Shown here piece by piece: positions 28,001-37,921 of a stretch of 64,000 bases of DNA. The number at the start of each line of letters is the position of its first letter. Within the stretch, counting starts at the first letter, position 1. Position numbers and translations under genes: made by a program. The stretch spans positions 6,713,431 to 6,777,430 of the forward strand of contig CM119266.1 of the NCBI GenBank assembly GCA_051294375.1, given 5' to 3'. A model generated the notes under the pieces. The model saw only the letters and a list, made by a program, of their open reading frames with translations, was not told where the DNA came from and did no database searches. Source of the stretch: Paraspadella gotoi (Eukaryota > Animalia > Chaetognatha).

Positions 28001-30720
28001 AAGAGCGGAGGGTTCCGAGTAGGCGTGGAGGTTGGATAGACTTTAAAGCATTAAAGGCAGATGATATAAGTTTCATTGATTTCCCAAAGTGGGGAGATTG
28101 TGTAAGACTTTGTTACTACGACGTATAATATTTAAAATCTATTATTTTGGGGTTAATTTTCCCATTGCTCATCCTTCAAGGGCATGTACCCCGTGAAGAT
28201 GGTGGTCCGCGGCGACCACACTTGCGTGGACTTTTACCTGACGGTTCTGCCTCCCGGAACCGAATGCGTCGTCTTCTCCATCGACGGCTCCTTCACCGCC
28301 TCCGTCTCCATCTGGGGAAAAGACCCCAAAGTCCGCGCCGGCGCAATCGACGTCGTCAGATTCTGGAGAGACTTAGGCTACCTCATCATCTACATCACGG
28401 CGCGACCGGACATGCAGAAGCGGAAGGTCGTCTCCTGGTTGGCGCAGCACAACTTCCCCCACGGGATGGTCGTCTTCATGGACGGACTCTCCACGGACCC
28501 GCTGAGGCAGAAGCTCGTCTTCCTCCAGCGGCTCAAGGACGAGGCTAAGATCGTCATCAAGGTGACGGGATAGTTGATGCAGTGGGATTGTGGTACATGG
28601 AGATAATTTAGATGGCGTTGGTTTGTGGCGTTGCGACGGCGGGAGGGTGTGGGGGACTTAAGATGGCAAGCGACGGTCGTCTTCAGAAAACTGCGATGAT
28701 TTTTATAATTTCTCTGACGCGTTTTAATTGGTAGCGCCTCTTTTGTTTTAGTTAGATTCAAGTTTAACTTTTTATGATCTTTTTGACAGGCCGCCTACGG
28801 ATCGGCGAAAGACATCGCTGTCTATCAGGGCGTCCACATTCCGCCCTCTGGCATCTTCGTCGTAGGAAAAGCGTCAAAGAAACAGGTCAGTTTTAATCAA
28901 GACTTTTTATAATTATTGAGCTGGAATAAGGCACACTTTATGTATTTATTATTATTATTATTTTAATTTTAAATATAGGTAATTAATATTTCCTCCGCTG
29001 CAAATTCTTGATCGCTTCGGCGTACTCGTTTAACTTTCTCAACCGCGAGATATTAGTCTTAATTAACGACGCCTTTTGTTGAAGTCTAGTTTCCTTTCAA
29101 TAACTCATTCGGCGACATCTGGCGAGGCGCCAATTTGGGAATTGGCTTCGTCTTTCAACGCCTTCTGTTCGCGGAATGATCATTTGTTTTTTTATCGTTG
29201 CGCTAATAATAATGACATCTATTTGTACCTTTTTTTTTAGTCAAACAACGCGAATTTCATAAGCGACGGTTACGCGTCGCATTTAGCGTCACTCACCGAC
29301 GGAGACGGCGACGTCAACGCTACAAAAATAAAGCCAAAGGTACGAATTTAAATTGAGTTTTATTTTCTAAGAAATAGATTTAACCTCCTCCCGCTTTCTC
29401 TTTCTCGCCAAATTTTCGGAAGAAATGGTTTTTCATTTTGATTCTTTTACCCCATTTTTTTTTTCATTTTCTCCATCCCCTTTTTCCCTTGTTTTCTTAT
29501 TTCCCCACCCCTCCCCCCCTTCCCCGTGTTTCCTTCCTATTCCCTTCCATTTTTCTTTCTTTTTTTCTCTCTTTTTTTTTCTCTTTTTTTTTCAACGTGA
29601 ATTCGTCTCCCGCTTTTCGCGTTCGGTTTTGAATTCGCACGAAATGTTTATTCACTGTCACTCGTCCATCGTCGCTTTTGTCGATCGCCGCTCGTCGATT
29701 GCCACTCGCTCGTTGCCACTTTTCATTTTTAAATTTTGTTTTCACTGTCATTGTCATCACTACTATCATTTTCCTTTCATTCATCATCACAGCGATGGCA
29801 AACTCTCACTAACTTTCATCTGCCTTCATCTCTTCCGGATCCTGATTCGTAATTCAAATTCTTTTGTGATTTGTTTTTTTTGTTTTTTTTTGTTTTTTAC
29901 TTTATCGTCTGCGTTTCTTCTATTTTCTCCTCACCCAACTATTCTTATTTTTCCCACTCTTCCCCTTAACATGTATTTCGCCTCGCCCCGTTAGATTTAC
30001 TTAGACTTATTTTAATTTTTTTCATCTTTACTAAAACCACTAACCATCGACATCGGCGTCTGATTGCCCGACTTTCCTTCGCTTTCCACCTTTCCCCCTC
30101 CACCCCTTAAACAGACCACTCCGCCCCCCCAGACCTCCCCATCCCTTCCACGATTCCGACTCAAAAATCACGAATCGCATTCAAAACATTGTGCGACTCA
30201 TTGTCTCCCGCACTCTCATTGTATTTTTTTAAAGTGTCCCTCGATTAGCATAAATGATAATATATGGATCTGTTAATCGAATCCTTGACGCCCAAAGCTT
30301 GGGTTCGACTCGTGACCCAAGGGGAAGCGCATAGGAATTATACTAAAGGCTTGTCAATTATCTGCATTTTCCTATTTGGTTTTCAACCGTTTGTAACTGC
30401 GTTGCACATTTACTAATGTATTTTTCATTACTTCCCCACGCTCTCTTTCCATCTCGACCTTCAATTCTCTCCTCTCTGCTTTTCTTCTTCTTCGCCGCCC
30501 CCCCCCCGCCATTTGACCCCTCTTACCCCACCACCTCGACCCCAACCCCTTCTCTCCAGCCCGCGGCGGGCAATACCCGCCTCTTCGTTCCGCAAGGGAT
30601 ACTTCAATCACCTGGGAAGGTCAGCCCTCCGTCGCCGCCGCCACTGTTCCGACCAACACGTCCATCCGCCTGCACAGATCGATATCCGCTCGACGGAACA
30701 AACGAGACAAATCCAATTGA
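20093..30720 (+). CDS. rdgB: PITPNM/rdgB 3' exons (FFAT, DDHD, LNS2, C-terminus); same gene as 4465-7843
   Basis: Approximate exons: ~20093-20333 (5' end missing), 20810-~21018 ([14 protein letters not shown]), 21185-21522 ([17 protein letters not shown]), 22102-22312, 23409-23597, 24272-24487, 25771-26002 ([17 protein letters not shown]), ~26293-26475 ([18 protein letters not shown]...[12 protein letters not shown]), 27037-27172 ([16 protein letters not shown]...HASYWES), 27271-27415, 27700-27947, 28181-28561 ([18 protein letters not shown]2), 28790-28885, 29241-29339, and 30560-~30720 ([15 protein letters not shown]). There are several single-base indels, so some boundaries and the stop are approximate. 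Confidence 0.9.
21795..22045 (+). repeat. ~39-bp pyrimidine minisatellite (TTTCTGTTCATCTTCTATTGTCTTTCCTCTTTCATCCTT)n; mirror copy at ~17680-17960
   Basis: 6-7 tandem units. Confidence 0.9.
22657..22787 (+). repeat. 20-bp minisatellite (CCCTCCGCCACCACTCCCTA)n; mirror copy at ~16945-17070
   Basis: About 6.5 tandem units. Confidence 0.9.
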
Positions 30721-31059
30721 CTGATAAAAGAGGCTGTCAGCGATTATAAGGATCATTGATTATCGATTTATGGATTTATCATCGATTTCAAAGTTATCAT
30801 GGATTGAAAGTTATCATTAATTTAAATTTAAGCTTGATATAGTCTTGGTTTTCATTGTCATCGATCGTTAATTTGACGACGTTTTTCCAGTTGTCTTTCC
30901 TCTTCTTCCTCCTCCCTCCCGTTGGTCGTTGTCATTGTGTCGGTATTTCGAGTTTACCTCCCCCCCCTCTCTCTTTCCCTCCCTCGAAAATCCTTGCGAG
31001 CCACGCGGTCGTTACAAAGTCCTCACACTTTGTTCTTCAAAGGCTTGATTTCTGTCCGA

Positions 31060-31385
31060 CAGTCTTTCACATCATTTTCTACTTCTTTCTCGTCATTCTC
31101 TATTTTCTTTCACATTATTTTCTACTTCTTTGATATCATTCTCTACTTCTTTCACGTCATTCTCAATTTTTTCGCGTCATTCTTTACTTCTTTCACGTCA
31201 TTCTCTACTTATTTCTCTTCATTCTCTACTTCTTTCACGTCATTATCTACTTATTTCTCGTCATTCTCTACTTCTTTCACGTCATTCTCTTTTCTTCGCC
31301 ATTCTCTACTTCTTTCACGTCATTCTCAACTTCTTTCACGTCATTCTCAACTTCTTTCACGTCATTCTCAACTTTCACGTCATTT
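31060..31385 (+). repeat. 21-bp minisatellite (CTACTTCTTTCACGTCATTCT)n downstream of the PITPNM stop
   Basis: About 15 tandem units. Confidence 0.9.
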
Positions 31386-33954
31386 TTATTAATTTTCAAC
31401 TCTTACTCGCCAGTGGCATTCCTTTTCTGCCGTTTCCCCAACTCCATTTTCTAGGTAGTTTTTCATACATGACACGCAAAATGTTTAAAAGCTCAATTTT
31501 TTATGACTGCTTTAAACATTAATTTACTTCACTTCGCTTCACATAGCCGGTTTTTAACGATTTGAAATTTAAAGATTGATATTTATTTTAATTTGGTGAA
31601 TCCCGATTCAAATCCTACCAACGAAATTCTCTCTTCAAAATTCCACCATTTTTTAAAATCTCTAAGTCAACCCGCGCTTCAGCTTTCTTCTCCAAGTTCT
31701 CCTAACAAACTCTTCTCATTCGCACCAACTTACTTTCGCAACCTCCTCATCATAGCATACTTTTAAATTGACTAGTCGAGTTCTTTTTGACCCAATTGGG
31801 ACTAATTAAACTAGATCTCCCTCTCCCAAACCCTTTCCGTTTCCCCTCATTCATCTCTGAGTCTCTGACTGTCTCAGCCCACTTCCATTCATGACAAGGC
31901 TCTGGACTCCAACCACGCCTTTTCTTCCAAACTCGCAATTCGCTTCACATTTTGTCACAAATTCGCTCCTCATATTTCACTCTGCCACTCCAACGCACAC
32001 TCTTGACACACTTCATTTTCTCATGACCCCCTCTTCCATCCCCCATCTTCTCCAATCAACCCCTCTTCCAGCCCCCCTCCCAATTTCTCAGTATTTTCAT
32101 TTAAAAAAAACAAAAAAACCCCGAAATTATACCCGGCACTCTACTCTACAGTCTACAGTATTATTACTATCGTACGTAGAAAAACAAACAAACAAAAGCT
32201 TTGTGATTTAATTTTTTTTCTCTCTAATCGCGTGAATGGTCTTATTTTTCTTTTCCACCGTCACCAATAGACGAATTAATTACTCGCGTAATGTAAAAAA
32301 TAAAATAGCGTTAAATTTATATATTACGAGGCGATGGATTCTCCTCCCCTCTTCCCCCCCCCCCCGATTCAGGTTGATTTAATCCGAAAAAAAGTCATAA
32401 TTTATTTCCAGTTTTTTTTGTTTTTTTTTAGCTTCTTGAGCTTAAATGATTATCATTTACACCATTAGTCAATTTACTCGCGAATTCTTTTTTTATTTTG
32501 TCATCGGTTGGATTTTTTCTATTTACATTTTTTGCTCTCGAATAAATTAAGCTCTTTTTTTTTCTCGAATAATCCGTCAGGGGTCATTATTTCGAACCCG
32601 AATGACACAAAGCGTCATCTAATTCGGCGTCTTTGACGTCACCGCTTCTCATCGCCTCCGTCTTCGCGTTTCGTCTTCTGATAAAAAGAAAAAAAAGTGA
32701 TTGACTTTTTTAAGAATCCGTGACGCCTCAGTTGATTTGTTACATTGTTTCAGCTTTCGTTGTCAAATTTCGTCTCTGTATTTTTTCACGCAGTTTTTTC
32801 GCGTTGTTCCCTTGTTCTTTTGTTTTTAAATTTTTTTTTTTGAGAACTGCAAAACAATTGTGACCGTTTATTTTCGAGAAAAAAATATAAAAATAAAGAT
32901 ATTTATTATTTTTTCTTTTGCGATTTTGTCATAGGGGTTTTATAGATATAGTACAGTGAGATGTGTGCCAGTGCACTATACAAGCTAGTCATAATTCTTT
33001 TGAAAATGCTCTGGCCATTCGTCAGAAATACCTACGTCAAAGCGTCTAAATGTACGTGGGCTGAAAGAATCTAATTCTGATTCTTTATTTACGGAAGCGA
33101 GAAAATGAAAAAAAAAAAGATCACGATAGAAAGGCGTCTGCGAAAGTCACTGTGGACTCAACACTGTGGGGGCCGATTACGTCATTTTTGTTTCCGATCC
33201 TAAATTTGTTTTTTTGAGAGAAATTCGCTGCAGAGCTGCATGGAAGAGGCCATCCGTGCCACTCAAATACTTAATTTTAAATAGTGATAGTCATAATAAA
33301 AAATTTACCTGAAATTCTAAGGTTTTGTGTTATTTTCGTCGGTTATTTGACAAGTCGGTTATTACAATGCAACTTTACTAATATACCATTTTTATTTACT
33401 CTCATTTCCTTTCAATGTCATCATCGTCAATTGACGTCAATCATCGTCACGACTCTCACTCCAGACTTTTCCCACTTCATCAATTTACGTCGCTTTCCAG
33501 TTTCCATCCGATCCCATTGTTTCACTTCTCACTCAGTTTTATTTTTGCACTTCCAAATTCCCATCCATTCACTTCGTTTATCACTTTATAATCCATTCGC
33601 TCGTCTCTCTTCCCATCCACTCTTTCTATCACTTCCCATCACTTCATTTCTCGTCGCATCACTTCCCATCCCGTTCCCATCTCAACCCTCCTTCTCTATT
33701 TTCCCAACCCGGCCGTCTCCACGGACCCAGGGAGGGAGAGAGAGAGAGAGAGAAAAAGTAAAGAGGTCGAACTCTTGTGCAAACGAAGATCGAATCCCGA
33801 CGCTGAATACTCTTGAGTCGTCTCCACAGGGGAAGGGGGGGGGGGCGAGTGGGGGAGAAGGATTTTTCGTTTTCGACGAATTCGAATTCGAGAAGAAAAA
33901 AAAAGAGGCGAAGATAAACACGGGAGGCATTTGTGGAGCGGGAGAAGTGGAGCG

Positions 33955-34210
33955 AGAGATAGAAGGGGAGTGGTGAGGAATAGAGTGGGTGGAGTGGAGA
34001 TGAAGGGGAGTGGTTAGTTTAGGAGAGGAGATGTGCGGCGGAGATAGTGATAAGTATAGGAGCAGAGCAGTGGAGCGGAGTTAGAAGGGAGGTGGTAAGT
34101 ATAGGAGCAGAGATGTGGAGCTGAGATATAAGGGGAGTGGTTAGTATAGGTGCAGAGATGTGCGGCGGAGATAGAAGGGGAGTGGTGAGTATAGGAGCAG
34201 AGATGTAGAG
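33955..34210 (+). repeat. ~45-bp purine-rich minisatellite (GAGATAGAAGGGGAGTGGTGAGTATAGGAGCAGAGATGTG...)
   Basis: 5-6 degenerate units. Confidence 0.8.
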
Positions 34211-34756
34211 TTTAGGAGCTAAGTGGCCAACAATGAGGGGAAAGAGGAGCTCAACCGTATTGGAGCAATGTATTTAAAAAGTGGAAGAGCTGGTTTAGCA
34301 ATGTGAAGGAGCTAAATTTGAAAGGCAAGACGAGGAAGTGCAGACTTAAAAGCTGTGACATGGTAAAGGGTCTAAAAAATACTGTATCGGCATTACAGGC
34401 CGAGTGGAGTTTAAAAAGAGTGAAAAGGTAGCACTGGGGAAGTGGCAAGGGTAGCAGCGGATCGTCGCTGTTGAGCTGCGCTGCGCTGCGCTGCTGACCC
34501 CAGTGGGTCGTCGGGTGAATCGCATCGATTTCATTGTTGACGGAACGTGAGAATTCATTTGCTCTTTTTTTTCACAGAAATAGCGAAAGTCGCTTTTAAT
34601 AAGTTTTATTCTGCTTTTAACGAGAATTGGTCTTAAATCGAGACTACAACAACAACGACAACAACAAAGCAAACTTATTATCGAATTTGGTTTTTTTTCG
34701 TCGAAGAAAAAAATCGGGAATTCAGAGTCGATGGCATTTGCCAAATCATTTGGCCA

Positions 34757-34844
<88 letters not shown>

Positions 34845-35195
34845 GAAAGAAAAACCGTCCAAATCTTTCGTCTTCATTCGTTGTCTTAACTTTTTTCTTC
34901 TTTTTGGTCAAAGTCAAAATACGAAGTAAAAAAAAATATTTTGTTTTTATTTATTGAAGATGAAATAAAAAGTGAAATGATACGATGAGCTAAGTCGGTC
35001 GCTCAGTCCAAGATGCGGTTCACCACCACATGAATTAAAATTGGTTTCGATGTTAACGGATGATTACGGGTCACGTGACCCCAAGCGATTCGATCCTGCT
35101 CATCGGGAAGAATTTGAGTTATTTTCTAACTCGGATCAAACATTTGTTGTAAATTTAATATCAAATATTAAGATCAATTTCTTACGAATATCAAA

Positions 35196-37856
35196 ATGGA
35201 ACCGACGTTCAACATGATGGAATTCGCCATCCGATTCTTTAGGTGTGGAAATTTGTCCTCTTTGTCTCTCTTTATGTAAGATCTGTAAGTCAGATTATGA
35301 GTAAGTCATATTTTTAGTAAATATTTAATTTTAAATAAGAAAATATTTTCTAGCGGGAGGGTATTAACTAAAAGCTTAAGTATTAAGTAATTAATTTATA
35401 TATTCGATACAATACAATATGATATATACATTGCATGCTCTAAATTTTACATTTATACCTCTTGATATCTTTAGAACGTCTGAAGAGGAACCTAGACTGG
35501 GCACGTCGTCCAATTTAGCGCTCTTGGCAGCCGCGGGATTCCAGACTCTCTCTAGGTGACAAAAAAGAAACAAACAAACAAAAAAAAACAAAACTATAAT
35601 ACAGATTAATTAAATACATAACAAGCTAATACACAAAGATTAAATAATCAAAAGTAAAGGGATGAACTTTTGATTTAACCGAAAATGAGATTGAGCTCAT
35701 CCATTTCATTTGCATATTGTCGTTTTGACATTAACTCCCTTACATTTAAACATGTCAGATCCATGAAACGCACGAAGAAGCGACGTAGATGGCGCGAGAG
35801 TCTCGGCAAGGAATGGACTTGGCGTCACTTCGCGTCTCTCGTCAAATTCACGGCCACGCCCATTCAACGTTCGCTCATCGCCGTAAGAAGCTGGGGGCGG
35901 GTGAGGGGGGGGGGTTTCGCCAGAGTTGCATATTAAGTGGGATAAATATCTCTTTAGGAAATAGTTATATAGCCAACACTGATATAAAATTTATCCATTC
36001 ATTTAATTAACCTTCTTTAGTGGATGAAGAATCTCTCACTGTCTATTGTTTATTGACTTCTGTAATTAGCCTATCAATACTATATTCAATTGGATATTCA
36101 ATTGAATAAGGAACTCTTTATTTTTATAAAAAAAAAAGCGGACTGATTAATAATTAAATAACTTAAATAACTAAATATATTATTTATTAATGAATCCAGT
36201 TCGACGATCCTCTGCTGGACGAACTCGCGGTGAAAACCTTCAGAATCCTTTTCACTTTTATGGGCGACGATCACGAATCCAACGACAACAACAACGACAA
36301 CAACGACAACCACTCCCAGGTGAATATCCTCGCAGTCTCAGCAATAACCGAGGATTGATTTCCCCGCGCGGACGTTGAGCCGCTTCCCATGGCGATGCCG
36401 GTGTCGCCAACGTTGGGCCGATTGGCCGATGTCAAGTCGCTTCAGGTTCCGATGCCGACGTTAAGCCGGAATGCGGGTGTCAGGCCGCTGACGTAGCAAT
36501 CGGCTTTTAGTAGGAAATTCTATAAAAGAGAGAGAAAAAAAAAAGAAAATTCGAAATCTTTTTTTAAATATTTTTTTACTCATTTCGGATTATTATTATT
36601 ATTATTATTATTTTGTTATGCTTTTTAGTAGCGCCTCGAGTACTGGAGTACTCGAGTACGCGAGTACTTTTGGGTCGGTCTGTCGGTCGGTCGGTATGAC
36701 CGTCTGTCGGTCTGTCCTACTTACGTTAAAAATGCATTTAACTTGTCTATAGTTAGTTGCTCATTTGTTATACGGGAAAACAATTTTTTTATTCATATCA
36801 CGTCATATCATGTGATCAAAGGGAAATACACGTGAAAATAAAGTCAATGCGGCGCAACACATTGGATTTACCGTTCTTGTTTATTATGTTAACTCATTTA
36901 TTGTTCCTTTGTTTTACAATTTTTCACTTATTTTAACTTGGATAGGGCGACATCTCTCTCGTCTTCTCGCTTTTGTCCATCTGTCACAAACACCCGGAGA
37001 TAATCGACGAGGTTTATTGTCAAGTCGTAAAACAAACGACCAACAATAAAGGCGTCAAAGGATCTGGCCTCCACGGTAAGCAAAATTGCTTGCCTTCGTT
37101 GGTATCGTTATTGAAGAAGACAATCAAAATTGCTTGCCTTCGTTGGTATCGTTATTGAAGAAGACAATCAAAACTGCATGGTTTCGTTGTTATAACATAA
37201 CATAACATATTAAATAAGACAAGCAAAACTGCCTATCGTCGGTTATGAAGAAGATTGCTTTGACAGGGATTACTTAATACTTAATACTTATGGCTTTCCT
37301 TAGCATTAATCAAAAACAGCTTTACGTATTTAGGTCCTATGTTTTTTTTTGTCGACGCGCGCATCTGGTCTTGTCAGTAATTCATTTAGTAATTAATTAA
37401 TTAATAATTAATTTGTCGGTAATCTAAGCTGCGTAGCTTCATGAAAATGAACTTAGTGAGACGACTTACTAGTTTCCATAGACCGTACCTGTTGCTACTC
37501 ACCCTCTCTTCTTTCAATCAGTCCATTTCTCCTTTTCTATTACTCCATTTCTTCATTTTCATTCTTCCATTTCTCAATGTCTCCACATTCCCTCACCTGA
37601 CCTCACCCAGGCTGGCGTCTCCTCTCCGTCCTCGCCAACTTCTTCCCTCCTTCTTCCGTCCTCAAACCTTACCTTCTCAAAACTCTCCAATGGACGAGTT
37701 ACGATCCCGCGCGGGAATTCTCCGGCCCGGCGACGACCACGCTGCAGCATCTTCGGCGAACGCTGCGCTGCGGCGGCCGGCGGAACGTGCCGAGTCCGCT
37801 GGAGGTCGCGGCGGTCGTGGAGGGAGAGCCAGAAGGCGCCAGATGTACTTCTTGCC

Positions 37857-37921
<65 letters not shown>

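Noticed and set aside
28270-28300. LNS2 domain lacking the DxDxT catalytic motif (VFSIDGSF)
   Set aside because: This is normal for the PITPNM/rdgB family.
33284-33976. 230-aa plus-strand ORF as a possible upstream exon of the myosin-like gene
   Set aside because: It is low-complexity, includes a (GA)n tract and shows no myosin motor, IQ or SH3 motifs.
36360-36515. GC-rich intronic patch resembling a MITE
   Set aside because: I could not define terminal repeats, a TSD or a second copy.
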